Origin: Cytophagia bacterium
Lineage (GTDB): Bacteria; Bacteroidota; Bacteroidia; Cytophagales; Microscillaceae
NCBI GenBank assembly: GCA_004294005.1
Contig: RDZP01000002.1
Span: 2,272 to 66,271, forward strand
Direction of reading: 5' to 3'
DNA length: 64,000 nt
This document shows, piece after piece, positions 26,470 to 36,505 of the stretch; positions within the stretch are counted from its first letter, which is position 1; each line of letters starts with the position of its first letter. The notes under the pieces were generated by a model that ran no database searches, had not been told where the DNA came from, and saw only the letters and a program-made list of their open reading frames with translations. The translations under genes were made by a program, and so were the position numbers.

Positions 26470-27855
26470 TTATCCTCTACCGTGCATCATTCTAATTAAC
26501 ATTTTTGATAGTGCAAATAAAACAAAGCCCGCTAAAATAACAAATATTGCAATTGCACTAAATATAGTTGTTGGTCCTAATCGTTCTACATACAACCCAA
26601 TATAACCGCCTGCAATTTGTGCCACAAAGGGTGATAAAAACCATACGCCCATTAACATAGATGCATAAGTAACAGGTGCTAATCGTGTAATCATTGATAA
26701 ACCAATTGGTGATAAACACAACTCCCCAACAGTATGGAAGAAATAAGTTGCCACTAACCAAAATAAACTTGCTTTGATAGTTGTATCCTTAATATCTCCA
26801 CCTCTTTCAGCAAGCGCTCCTAACATAAATAAGAAACCTATGCCTAATAAAATCATTCCAAAAGACATTTTTACAGGAATGCTAAAATCTTTACCTTTCG
26901 TAGCTAAATTTGTCCATAACATTGCAACAAAAGGTGCTAAAATTACAATAAATAATGGATTGACAGATTGGAAAAATGATGTAGGAATAGTATAACCAAA
27001 TATTGTTCTATCGATGTAATCTTTTGTGTATAAATTTAAAGAGCCTCCTGCTTGTTCAAAACCCGCCCAAAAGAAAGTAACAAAAATTGTGATGACAAAT
27101 ATAACAGACATTCTATCGGTTTCTTCTTTGGTGAGTGGTGTTTTAGCCTTGTTTTTTTCTTCTAAAGATAATTCTGCAGGACGCAAACCAATATCACCTA
27201 AATATTTTTGAGCGAATACATTAAAGATGATTTGTCCAATCAACATACCAATACCTGCAGCTAAAAAACCATATTCAAAAGCATATCTTGTAACTTTTCC
27301 TGTTGCATCTTTGACAGCAAATAAATCTTCTGCCAAATATCCACAAACTAAAGGAGCTAATAATGCACCCATATTGATACCCATATAGAAAATAGTGAAG
27401 GCACTATCGCGTCTTGGGTCGCCTTGTTCATATAATTGACCTACCATTGTAGAAATGTTAGGTTTAAAAAAACCATTGCCAATGATAATTAACAATAAAC
27501 CTAAATAAGTTGCATTGATACCAAATTGAGGGGTTGCAAATAAACTAAATTGACCAAACATCATCAAAACTCCACCTATCAAAATTGCTTTTCTTTGTCC
27601 TAAATATTTATCAGCAAGCCAACCACCAATGATAGGAGTAAAGTACACAAATCCTGTAAAGTATCCATAAATGAGTGTTGAACTTTCTTTGGAAAAACCA
27701 AGTCCACCTTCGATTGCCGTCCCTGCTAAGTACAATACTAACATTGCACGCATACCATAATAACTAAATCTTTCCCACATTTCTGTAAGAAACAAAAGAT
27801 AAAGTCCTTTTGGGTGTGTTTGATTAGATTGTTTTTCTAAGGTAATATTTGCCAT
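26470..27855 (-). CDS. proton-dependent oligopeptide transporter (POT/PTR2 family MFS)
   Basis: PTR2 signature region WERFSYYGMRAMLVLYL...GGWLADKYLGQRK and FYMGINMGA, with about 12-14 TM helices. Confidence 0.9.
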   Translation of the reverse strand: MANITLEKQSNQTHPKGLYLLFLTEMWERFSYYGMRAMLVLYLAGTAIEGGLGFSKESSTLIYGYFTGFVYFTPIIGGWLADKYLGQRKAILIGGVLMMFGQFSLFATPQFGINATYLGLLLIIIGNGFFKPNISTMVGQLYEQGDPRRDSAFTIFYMGINMGALLAPLVCGYLAEDLFAVKDATGKVTRYAFEYGFLAAGIGMLIGQIIFNVFAQKYLGDIGLRPAELSLEEKNKAKTPLTKEETDRMSVIFVITIFVTFFWAGFEQAGGSLNLYTKDYIDRTIFGYTIPTSFFQSVNPLFIVILAPFVAMLWTNLATKGKDFSIPVKMSFGMILLGIGFLFMLGALAERGGDIKDTTIKASLFWLVATYFFHTVGELCLSPIGLSMITRLAPVTYASMLMGVWFLSPFVAQIAGGYIGLYVERLGPTTIFSAIAIFVILAGFVLFALSKMLIRMMHGRG

Positions 27856-28008
27856 TATATATATTATTTTTCCAAAAGGAAGATAGTAATGAATCTTTAA
27901 TTAGATAAAAGGAAAGAATGCTCTCCCCTTTGAACTTGCAAAATTATAAGATTATTTTGAAAAAAAAACTTTTTTTGCATTTTTTTTCAAAAAAATTGTA
28001 TTTTTTTC

Positions 28009-29547
28009 TTAAAAAGGTAAAATATCATCATCAACTTGCAATTCTCTCCAAGATTTCCCTAAAAATTTTGTGATGTCTGATGCCAAAATATTTACTTCGC
28101 TCATTTTCTGTTGTGCAATGTCACCTGCGTACCCATGCCAATGTACTCCCAACAAACTCGCTTCCCAAGAGGTATAACCTTGTGCCAATAATGAAGTAAT
28201 GATACCTGTTAATATATCTCCACTTCCTCCTTTTGCCATTGATGAATTACCTGTATTGTTAAAATAAATTCTTCCTTCAGGAGTAGCAATTGCGGTGTGA
28301 TGTCCTTTCAATAATACAACTGATTTTATTTTTTGTGCTAATATTTTTAATTTTTCTAATCTTTCGAAACTGTCTTTGCTTTTCCCAACCAATCTTTCGA
28401 GCTCTTTGGGGTGTGGTGTCAAAATACTATCTTTTGGTATTAAACTTAAACCATTTTCGCCCATCAAAGCGATTAAATTTAAAGCATCTGCATCTAAAAC
28501 CAATGGTTTTTTACAATTTTTTAAAAAGTTTTCTAACCAAATTTTTGTTGCGTCATCAGTACCTAACCCACAACCAATACCAATCGCATCATATTTTTCG
28601 ATATCATCAATAGGTGTGGCGATTATTTTTTCTACATTATCAGCAGAAAACATTGCTTCAGGCAAAGCAGTTTGTAAAATAAAATTAGCACAATTAGGAG
28701 CATGAATGGTTAATAAACCTGTTCCTGCTCTCAAACAGGCTTTTCCTGCTAATAAAATTGCACCTATTTTTCCATATTCACCACCTATCAACAAAGAATG
28801 TCCAAAAATACCTTTATGGGCAAATTTTGAACGTTTTTTCATAAAAGTTTGTAGTAACTTTTTGGTAATCATTTCATAACGAAATTCATTAATAAACAAA
28901 AAATCAGTGTGTAAATCTACATCAATAATTTGCCATTCACCTACATATTTTTCATTTTCAGGCAATAAAAAAGCTAATTTTGGAACTTCAAAAGTCAAAG
29001 TTTCGGTGGCATTGATAATAATATTCCCCTCTGAATTTGCCTCTGTGAAAAGTCCCGAAGGAACATCAATAGCAAAAATTTCGTTGGGTAATTTATTAAT
29101 TTTTTGAAAAAAATCACCTACCCAGCCTGTTACAGGTCGTTTTAAACCTGTTCCTAAAATACCATCTATAATCAAAGCCTCAGCAGGAATAGTTGGAATT
29201 TGAGTAGTATGCGTAATATCAAAAACCTCTATTTTTGTAGTTGTTTCTAATATATATCTTGCTTTTGCAGACTCATCTGAAAATCTATCACTGCTCCAAA
29301 TCACCCAAACATTGACTTCATAGTCTTTGTCTGCCAAAAATTTAGCAATACACAAAGCATCACCACCATTATTGCCTACACCTGCTAATATATAAACAGG
29401 TACTTCGTTGAAAAGTAAGTTTTGATGCCTAAAATTGTTAGCCCAACGAGTTGAAGCCCTCATCATCAAATCAAAAGAAGAAATAGGTTCGTTTTCTATG
29501 GTAAATCTTTCCCAAGCACGTATTTGTGAAGCAGTTAATATTTTCAT
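28009..29547 (-). CDS. nnr: bifunctional NAD(P)H-hydrate repair enzyme (epimerase + ADP-dependent dehydratase)
   Basis: An N-terminal YjeF_N domain (GVGNNGGDALC) and a C-terminal carbohydrate-kinase domain (GGSGDILTGII). The start is taken at ATG 29547 (MKILTASQIR). Confidence 0.85.
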   Translation of the reverse strand: MKILTASQIRAWERFTIENEPISSFDLMMRASTRWANNFRHQNLLFNEVPVYILAGVGNNGGDALCIAKFLADKDYEVNVWVIWSSDRFSDESAKARYILETTTKIEVFDITHTTQIPTIPAEALIIDGILGTGLKRPVTGWVGDFFQKINKLPNEIFAIDVPSGLFTEANSEGNIIINATETLTFEVPKLAFLLPENEKYVGEWQIIDVDLHTDFLFINEFRYEMITKKLLQTFMKKRSKFAHKGIFGHSLLIGGEYGKIGAILLAGKACLRAGTGLLTIHAPNCANFILQTALPEAMFSADNVEKIIATPIDDIEKYDAIGIGCGLGTDDATKIWLENFLKNCKKPLVLDADALNLIALMGENGLSLIPKDSILTPHPKELERLVGKSKDSFERLEKLKILAQKIKSVVLLKGHHTAIATPEGRIYFNNTGNSSMAKGGSGDILTGIITSLLAQGYTSWEASLLGVHWHGYAGDIAQQKMSEVNILASDITKFLGKSWRELQVDDDILPF

Positions 29548-29599
29548 AACCTTACCAACCAATTTATATTATGAATAGTTTTAATTTTTGAAGATAAAT

Positions 29600-30982
29600 T
29601 TAACTTTTCATATAAGTAATAATTTGTTCTATTGTCAATTTTTGTTGTTCTCCACTTACCATATTTCTAAAAGTAAGTAGATTATTTTGCATTTCATCAG
29701 AACCAATCACAATTACATAAGGAATTTTTTTTGCATCAGCATACCCAAATTGTTTTTTTAGTTTGGCACTATCAGGATATATTTCTGTCTTTATATTTTC
29801 ATCTCTTAATTTTTTGAGCAAAGGCAAAGCATATTTTTGTGCCAATTCATCAAAATTAGTAAACATTATTTGTGTAGAAGTTTGTGTATTATCAGGAAAT
29901 AATTTTAGTTCTTCTAATACATCAAATAATCTATCAATGCCAAAAGAAAAACCAACACCTGCCAAGTCTGGTACGCCAAAACTTGCTGTCAAATTATCAT
30001 AACGTCCACCTCCACTAATGCTTCCAATGGTTACGTTGTTAATTTTTACTTCAAAAATAGCACCTGTATAATAAGATAGTCCTCTTGCCAAAGTTAAATC
30101 AAAATCTACATGCCAATCTTTTTCTAAATGAGCATCAGGTTTTGATAAATGTAATAATTCAAAAATAGTAGATAAATCTTTAATGCCATTTTTTGCTTCT
30201 TCTGAATAAAATTGAGCTTGCAAAACTTCTTTTTTATCATTCCAATTTCCTTTCAAATTGAGTAAAGGTTGGATTTTTTGTAAAGCTTGTTTATCAAAAC
30301 CTCTTTCAATCAATTCTTGTTCTACTTTTTCGATGCCAATTTTATCCAATTTATCAATAGCTACACACAAATCGGCTACTTTATCGCCTGCACCTGCCAC
30401 TTCTGCTAAACCTGTTAAAATTTTTCTATGATTAATTTTGATTGTAAAATCTGTCAAACCTAAATTTTGTAAAACTTCATTTATCATCAAAATAATATCT
30501 ACTTCACACAAAAGCGATTTTGTGCCTACTACATCAGCATCACATTGATAAAATTCACGATAACGTCCTCTTTGTGGCGTATCACCTCTCCAAACAGGCT
30601 GAATTTGATAGCGTTTGAAAGGAAAAGTCAATCTACCTCTATTCATTGCCACAAACCTTGCAAAAGGTACTGTCAAATCATATCTCAATGCTTTTTTTGC
30701 TATTTTTGGTGTTAATTTTTTATGACCTTCTGTAATATCTTTTTCATTTATTTTTGCTAAATAATCGCCTGAATTAAGAATCTTAAAAATAAGTTGGTCA
30801 CCTTCTTCTCCATATTTACCTGTCAATACTTCTAATTTTTCGATACTTGGTGTTTCTAATGGTAAAAATCCAAATTTTTCGAATACTTGACGGATAGTTT
30901 TTAATATGTAATTTCGTTTCACCATAATTTCAGGTGAAAAATCTCTTGTTCCTTGTGCCAAGCTTGGTTGTGTAATTTGCAT
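29600..30982 (-). CDS. hisS: histidine--tRNA ligase
   Basis: Class II aaRS motifs (GTRDF, RYEMFRPE-type block as FKRYQIQPVWRGDTPQRGRYREFYQCD, GGGRYD) and a C-terminal anticodon-binding domain. Confidence 0.95.
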   Translation of the reverse strand: MQITQPSLAQGTRDFSPEIMVKRNYILKTIRQVFEKFGFLPLETPSIEKLEVLTGKYGEEGDQLIFKILNSGDYLAKINEKDITEGHKKLTPKIAKKALRYDLTVPFARFVAMNRGRLTFPFKRYQIQPVWRGDTPQRGRYREFYQCDADVVGTKSLLCEVDIILMINEVLQNLGLTDFTIKINHRKILTGLAEVAGAGDKVADLCVAIDKLDKIGIEKVEQELIERGFDKQALQKIQPLLNLKGNWNDKKEVLQAQFYSEEAKNGIKDLSTIFELLHLSKPDAHLEKDWHVDFDLTLARGLSYYTGAIFEVKINNVTIGSISGGGRYDNLTASFGVPDLAGVGFSFGIDRLFDVLEELKLFPDNTQTSTQIMFTNFDELAQKYALPLLKKLRDENIKTEIYPDSAKLKKQFGYADAKKIPYVIVIGSDEMQNNLLTFRNMVSGEQQKLTIEQIITYMKS

Positions 30983-31013
30983 TATAAAATGAATTTTGGT
31001 GCGTTATATTTTG

Positions 31014-31021
31014 CAAAGATA
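31014..31021 (-). promoter_or_regulatory. candidate -7 promoter box (TATCTTTG) for hisS
   Basis: The minus-strand sequence TATCTTTGCAAAATA fits TAnnTTTG. It lies 32 nt upstream of the hisS ATG. Confidence 0.45.
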
Positions 31022-31092
31022 GAAGGTTTTGTTATTTTTTCAAAAAAAAATCTATTTTTTTATTTTGATTTGGCAATTTTGAATTTTATTAC

Positions 31093-31100
31093 TAACTTTG
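31093..31100 (+). promoter_or_regulatory. candidate -7 promoter box (TAACTTTG) for def
   Basis: TAACTTTGCAAC fits TAnnTTTG. It lies 23 nt upstream of the def ATG. Confidence 0.45.
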
Positions 31101-31122
31101 CAACAAAAATATAAGAAAAATA

Positions 31123-31686
31123 ATGATTTATTCAATTGTTGCTTATGGAGATACGGTTTTAAAAAAGAAAGCCGTTGAAATAGATGCTAAAAATACAGAC
31201 TTAAATTTACCTAAACTCGTTGAGGACATGTACGCAACGATGTATGAAGCTAACGGTGTTGGTTTGGCTGCACCACAAATAGGTATGGGCATTCGATTGT
31301 TTGTAATAGATTCTACAAGAATGGAAGAAGATGAAAGTTTAGGCGTAAAAAAAGCATTCATTAACCCTACCATCTTAGAAGAAAAAGGTGAAAAATGGGC
31401 TTTTGAAGAAGGCTGTTTGAGTATTCCGAATGTAAGAGAAAATGTTTATAGGCAATCTATTATCAAAATTCATTATTTTGATGAGAATTGGAATGAATTT
31501 ACACACGAATTTGATAAAATGACTGCAAGAGTTATTCAACACGAGTACGACCATATAGAAGGGATTTTGTTCACTGACCATTTATCTAGCTTCAAAAAAG
31601 CGTTGCTTAAATCTAAATTAGGTGGAATTAGTAGAGGTGATGTAAAAGTGGAATATAGAATGAGATTCCCCAATGGTAAACGTTAG
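31123..31686 (+). CDS. def: peptide deformylase
   Basis: The three PDF motifs: GVGLAAPQIG, EGCLS and QHEYDH. Confidence 0.95.
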   Translation: MIYSIVAYGDTVLKKKAVEIDAKNTDLNLPKLVEDMYATMYEANGVGLAAPQIGMGIRLFVIDSTRMEEDESLGVKKAFINPTILEEKGEKWAFEEGCLSIPNVRENVYRQSIIKIHYFDENWNEFTHEFDKMTARVIQHEYDHIEGILFTDHLSSFKKALLKSKLGGISRGDVKVEYRMRFPNGKR

Positions 31687-31715
31687 TTTTACAAATTATA
31701 AAATTATAAAAAATA

Positions 31716-32075
31716 ATGAAAGTACTCGCTATACCTGCTACAAGAGATACACCATATATCTATCTTGATGCCGCTAAAAAAAAATATGAAATAGGTGGAA
31801 AATCTATCCCTGAAGATGGTGATGCGTTTTTCGCTCCCGTTATTGCTTGGTGGTTGGAATATGCAAGAAGTCCAAACAAAGAAACAATTTTAAAAATAAA
31901 TTTAGAATATATGAATACCGTTTCTACCCGAAAAATACTCGAAGTATTAAAGGTAGTGGAAAAAATAAAAGGGATGTCAATTGTATGGGCTATTTATTCT
32001 GAAGATGATAGAGCTGATGTTCAACCGATTGCTGATAGTCTAAAAATCCCTATCAAATTTATTAATGTTGATTAA
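31716..32075 (+). CDS. DUF1987 / SiaC-family regulatory protein
   Basis: 119 aa. The pattern TRDTPYIYLD....YEIGGKSIPEDGDAFFAPVIAWWLEY......I.INLEYMNTVSTRKILEVL...E......VWAIYSEDD matches the DUF1987 (SiaC) profile as I remember it. Confidence 0.75.
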   Translation: MKVLAIPATRDTPYIYLDAAKKKYEIGGKSIPEDGDAFFAPVIAWWLEYARSPNKETILKINLEYMNTVSTRKILEVLKVVEKIKGMSIVWAIYSEDDRADVQPIADSLKIPIKFINVD

Positions 32076-32181
32076 AAAATCAAAAATAAAATTACTCTTT
32101 TATATCCAAATAAAAAGTAGTTTTTTTTTGTCTATTAATTTTTTTTTTTTTAAACAATTAAAATTACATTTATTATTCACA

Positions 32182-32634
32182 ATGAAAAACTTATTCAACG
32201 AAAAAGATACATTGGAAGTTATCAATCGTATCAATCAACTAAAACCTGATTCAAAAGGATTATGGGGAAAAATGGCTGTCGCTCAAATGCTTGCACATTG
32301 TAGTGTATCTTATGAAATGGTGTATGATGGAACACATGCAAAACCTAATTTTTTAGTTAAATTATTACTCAAATTATTTGTGAAAAATGCAGTGGTAGGA
32401 GATAAACCTTTCAAAAAAAATTCGCCTACTGCCCCTGCATTTATCATTAAAGATGACAAGAATTTTGAAGTAGAAAAAAAGAGATTGATTGATTATTTGC
32501 AAAAAACGCAACAATTAGGTGAAACTCATTTTGACGGAAAAGAGAATTTATCTTTTGGAAAATTATCTATAAAAGAATGGAATACAATGTTTTATAAACA
32601 TATTGACCATCACTTGTCGCAATTTGGAGTATAA
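32182..32634 (+). CDS. DUF1569 (DinB-like four-helix bundle) protein
   Basis: The start is taken at ATG 32182 (MKNLFNEKDTLEVINRINQLKPDSKGLWGKMAVAQMLAHC), a typical DUF1569 N-terminus. The C-terminus has HIDHHLSQFGV. The upstream part of the track ORF is AT-rich read-through. Confidence 0.6.
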   Translation: MKNLFNEKDTLEVINRINQLKPDSKGLWGKMAVAQMLAHCSVSYEMVYDGTHAKPNFLVKLLLKLFVKNAVVGDKPFKKNSPTAPAFIIKDDKNFEVEKKRLIDYLQKTQQLGETHFDGKENLSFGKLSIKEWNTMFYKHIDHHLSQFGV

Positions 32635-32650
32635 AATATATACAACAATA

Positions 32651-33568
32651 ATGAAAATAAAATTTCTTTTTTTGATGTTGATGTTTTTATCAGCATCAAA
32701 ATTTATAAAAGCACAACCCAAAAACACTATGTATGGCATTGCTCATTTATCTATTTTGCCTCTCCGCACTGAGCCTTCAAATAAAAGTGAATTATGTACC
32801 CAGATTTTATTTGGAGAAATTTATAAAGTAATACAAAATTCTACTGATGGACAATGGATTTATATAGAAAATAATTTTGATGGTTACAAAGGTTGGTTGA
32901 ACAAAGGTCAATTCAAAGAAATTTCTCAAAAGGAATTTGAAGAAATTGAAAACCAAAAAATAGAAATTTTATGTCAAAATTATACACAATTATTGATAGG
33001 AATAGAAAAAACAAAGTCAATTCATATCACTTTGGGCGCAAAAATAAATAGTACAAAAGATAATATTTGTGCAAATAAAGACAATATTTATATATATGAA
33101 AATAGTATTGAAAAAAATAATACCTCTTTAACAATTCAACAAAAAATTCTTGAAGATGCTTATCTTTTTTTAAATTCGCCTTATCTTTGGGGTGGAAAAA
33201 CACCCTTTGGCGTTGATTGTTCTGGTTTTACGCAACAAATTATGCGTTTGAATCAAATTAAAATAAAAAGAGATGCTTATCAACAAGCTGAACAAGGTGA
33301 AAAAATCACACAATTAAATAACACAAAAACAGGTGATTTGGCTTTTTTTGTCAGAAATAATAAAGTCGTGCATGTAGGTTTGATAATAGAAGAAAAAGAC
33401 CTCAATAAAAACAAACCTCATAATTATTCACTTCAAAAAAATGAACGTTGGATAATGCACGCCTTAGAATGTGTCAGAATTGATAAATTAGACGAAAAAG
33501 GAATTTTTAATATCGATAATAAAGAATATTCTCATTTTTTGCATAGCTTAAAAAGATATATTTTTTAA
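32651..33568 (+). CDS. C40 (NlpC/P60) family peptidoglycan peptidase with N-terminal SH3-like domain
   Basis: Signal peptide from ATG 32651. The catalytic block is SPYLWGGKTPFGVDCSGFTQQIM, with a downstream VHVGLII His. Confidence 0.85.
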   Translation: MKIKFLFLMLMFLSASKFIKAQPKNTMYGIAHLSILPLRTEPSNKSELCTQILFGEIYKVIQNSTDGQWIYIENNFDGYKGWLNKGQFKEISQKEFEEIENQKIEILCQNYTQLLIGIEKTKSIHITLGAKINSTKDNICANKDNIYIYENSIEKNNTSLTIQQKILEDAYLFLNSPYLWGGKTPFGVDCSGFTQQIMRLNQIKIKRDAYQQAEQGEKITQLNNTKTGDLAFFVRNNKVVHVGLIIEEKDLNKNKPHNYSLQKNERWIMHALECVRIDKLDEKGIFNIDNKEYSHFLHSLKRYIF

Positions 33569-33602
33569 GTTTTTTTATAATCAAAAACCTACTTCAATAA
33601 TA

Positions 33603-34709
33603 ATGGACAAAGCATTTTTAGTATTGGCAGACGGAATGACCTTAGAAGGACAAGCCATTGGCAAAAAAGGTACTACAACGGGTGAGTTATGTTTTAATAC
33701 AGGTATGACGGGCTACCAAGAAATATACAGTGACCCTTCTTATTTTGGGCAAATTATCGTCAATACAAATACACATATTGGCAATTATGGTGTATTAGAG
33801 CAAGAAAATGAATCTGCAAAAGCACAAATTAGTGGTATGGTTTGCACTACTTTTTCGAGTAGCTATTCAAGATTTACGGCTGATAATTCTTTGCAAAATT
33901 ATTTAGAAAATAATGAAATTGTGGCTATTGCCAACATTGATACAAGGGCTTTGGTCAAACATTTGCGACAAAAAGGAGCAATGAATGCCATTATTTCTTC
34001 TGAAATATTGGATATTGAAGTGTTGAAAAAACAACTTCATCAAACACCTACGATGCTTGGAATGGAATTATCTTCTCAAATTAGTACAAAAACTCCTTAT
34101 TTTTATGGTAATGAAAATGCAAAATTAAAAGTAGCAGTATTAGACTTGGGTATCAAAACCAATATTTTAAGAAATTTTGAAAAAAGGAATATTTTTGCAA
34201 AAGTATTTCCTGCCGAAACTTCTTTTGAAGAAATGGAAAAATTTAATCCTGATGGTTATTTTATTTCTAATGGACCAGGTGACCCTGCTTCTATGCCTTA
34301 TGCGATTGAAACAGTCAAAAAAATTTTAAAAGCAAATAAAATTTTGTTTGGGATATGTTTAGGGCATCAGTTATTGGCTTTGGCAAATGGTATTTCTACT
34401 TATAAAATGACAAATGGACATCGTGGGCTTAATCATCCTGTCAAAAATATCATTACTAATCAATGTGAAATCACTTCACAAAATCATGGCTTTGGTGTGA
34501 GTGAATTTGACGTTGCTAAAAGCAATATTGTCGAAATTACACATCTTAATCTTAATGATAATTCTATAGAAGGTATCAGAATAAAAGGAAAACAAGCATT
34601 TTCAGTGCAATATCACCCTGAATCTTCACCTGGTCCTAATGATTCTGTTTATTTGTTTGATGAATTTGTGGCATTATTGAATGATAAAAATAGAAAAGTT
34701 TTTGGATAA
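33603..34709 (+). CDS. carA: carbamoyl-phosphate synthase small (glutamine amidotransferase) subunit
   Basis: A CPSase small-chain N-domain and the GATase triad motifs GICLGHQLL and QYHPE. Confidence 0.92.
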   Translation: MDKAFLVLADGMTLEGQAIGKKGTTTGELCFNTGMTGYQEIYSDPSYFGQIIVNTNTHIGNYGVLEQENESAKAQISGMVCTTFSSSYSRFTADNSLQNYLENNEIVAIANIDTRALVKHLRQKGAMNAIISSEILDIEVLKKQLHQTPTMLGMELSSQISTKTPYFYGNENAKLKVAVLDLGIKTNILRNFEKRNIFAKVFPAETSFEEMEKFNPDGYFISNGPGDPASMPYAIETVKKILKANKILFGICLGHQLLALANGISTYKMTNGHRGLNHPVKNIITNQCEITSQNHGFGVSEFDVAKSNIVEITHLNLNDNSIEGIRIKGKQAFSVQYHPESSPGPNDSVYLFDEFVALLNDKNRKVFG

Positions 34710-34716
34710 TAACAAT

Positions 34717-34754
34717 AAAAAAGGTAGTCAAAATATAGATTGACTACCTTTTTT
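34717..34754. terminator. bidirectional Rho-independent terminator (carA / TolC-family gene convergence)
   Basis: Perfect 15-bp stem AAAAAAGGTAGTCAA (34717-34731) / TTGACTACCTTTTTT (34740-34754) with an 8-nt loop. The A-run and T-run give terminator geometry on both strands. Confidence 0.75.
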
Positions 34755-34775
34755 AACTAATAAAATTTCAAAAAA

Positions 34776-36251
34776 TTAATTCAAAGGTTTTCCTTGATAA
34801 AAATCCAATACTTTTTTTCTGAATAAATAATCATACTTTGAACGAATTAAATCTACTGAAGCATTATCACGATTGATACGTGCTATTGTAAAATCTGCTA
34901 AATTAGAAGCACCTGCATTGTATCTTTTTTCTTGAATTGCGAAAGATTGTTGTTGTGCATCTGCTTGTGTAAAGCGTGCTGTATAAGTATTATACGCAGA
35001 AATAGCGTCTGTATAAGCCTGCTCTATTGTTTGTCTTAGTTGATTGCGAACTAATTTTGATTGTAATTCGGCGTTGCGTAAATTGATTCGAGAATTGGTA
35101 ATATTATTTCTTACTTGTCCTTGATTAAAAATAGGAATATTCAAAGAAAATCCAATTTGTTGTCTAAAGTTATCTGCTACTTGCTCTCTAAATCTATAAT
35201 CTTCTACTGTTCTTATGCCTGTGTTAATGGTTGTATTGACAGGTAGAGTAGGGTCATTATTGACATAACCTACAATGGCAGGAAGCGTAATAGGTTGGAA
35301 GCCAAATTTTTTGGTTGCATTCGAATAACCTGAAAAAAGCGTTCCATTCAAATTTAAACTTGGGTACAAACCACCTTTTGCAATTTCTATACTATACATG
35401 CGGCTTCTGATAGTTTCGTCTGCACTTTTGATATTAGGCATTGTTGATTCCGCACTTTGATAAATTTGAGCAGTAGTTTCGGCAATCGCCGCGACTTGTA
35501 AGTTCTCAATATTAACATTTTCAATATCAAAATTGTCATCTACTGGCATGTTCATTTGTTGTTGCAAACGAACTTTTGCTAATAGCACTGTGTTTTTTGC
35601 ATTCGTAACTGCTAATTCATTGTTTGCCAATGTTGCTTTTATATTGATTAAATCACCTTCTGCTACTGCACCTGCTTTGAATAACTTTTCTGTTCTTTCT
35701 AATTGTGTTTGTGTAGAATTGACATTTCTATCTGCTACAATGATTAGTTCTTTTGCTTGCAAAACGTTGAGATATTCCAAAGCAACATTCAAAGAAACAG
35801 TATAACGTGCTTGTTCTACATTCAATTTTGCTATCTCAATTTCTTTTTGATTGCGTTTGATTGTATTTTTGGTTTGAAATCCATTGAATAAATTAACAGA
35901 GGCTTGCAAAGCAAAGTTATTAGAATTAACTTGTTGGTTCACAAACTGATTGGTAAAAGGGTCAACTGAACGTCCAAAATTATAGTTTTGAGAAGCGTTG
36001 GCATTCAAACTTGGATAACGTATTAGTTTTGATTGGTCTAAATTACTTTGATTACTTTGCACAAGCAAATCGTTTTGCATAATTGTAATGTTATTTTTTT
36101 GTGCATAATCAATACAACTTTGTAGATTCCATACACCTGAGGCAGTTTTTTCTTGTGCTTTTGCTTTTTTTGTACCTATAAATAGCCAAATACAAGCCAA
36201 AATAATCCAAGGCAGAATATAAGATTGATGTGATACTTTTGAATTTTTCAT
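34776..36251 (-). CDS. TolC-family outer membrane efflux protein
   Basis: Signal peptide. It has two tandem OEP repeats with long coiled-coil heptads (LDQSKL..YPSLNA.., ..GGLYPSLNLNG..). 491 aa. It is monocistronic, with no adjacent pump genes. Confidence 0.85.
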   Translation of the reverse strand: MKNSKVSHQSYILPWIILACIWLFIGTKKAKAQEKTASGVWNLQSCIDYAQKNNITIMQNDLLVQSNQSNLDQSKLIRYPSLNANASQNYNFGRSVDPFTNQFVNQQVNSNNFALQASVNLFNGFQTKNTIKRNQKEIEIAKLNVEQARYTVSLNVALEYLNVLQAKELIIVADRNVNSTQTQLERTEKLFKAGAVAEGDLINIKATLANNELAVTNAKNTVLLAKVRLQQQMNMPVDDNFDIENVNIENLQVAAIAETTAQIYQSAESTMPNIKSADETIRSRMYSIEIAKGGLYPSLNLNGTLFSGYSNATKKFGFQPITLPAIVGYVNNDPTLPVNTTINTGIRTVEDYRFREQVADNFRQQIGFSLNIPIFNQGQVRNNITNSRINLRNAELQSKLVRNQLRQTIEQAYTDAISAYNTYTARFTQADAQQQSFAIQEKRYNAGASNLADFTIARINRDNASVDLIRSKYDYLFRKKVLDFYQGKPLN

Positions 36252-36505
36252 ATAAAAAAAATAATTTTAAAAAATGGATATATGTTGTATAAAGTTGTGT
36301 AAAATTAATTCTAAATAAACTTTTATCTATTTGTGAAGTAATAAATTAAAATATTACAAAAAAATAAAAAAAAATATTTTTATATAGTTCTATGTTAAAG
36401 AATACTACTTTGTAATACATATAACCAAAATCATCTATAATTTGTTCAAAATAAATATTTTTTTGGTACAAATATCAAATAATGACGATTTATCAAAGGT
36501 AATTT

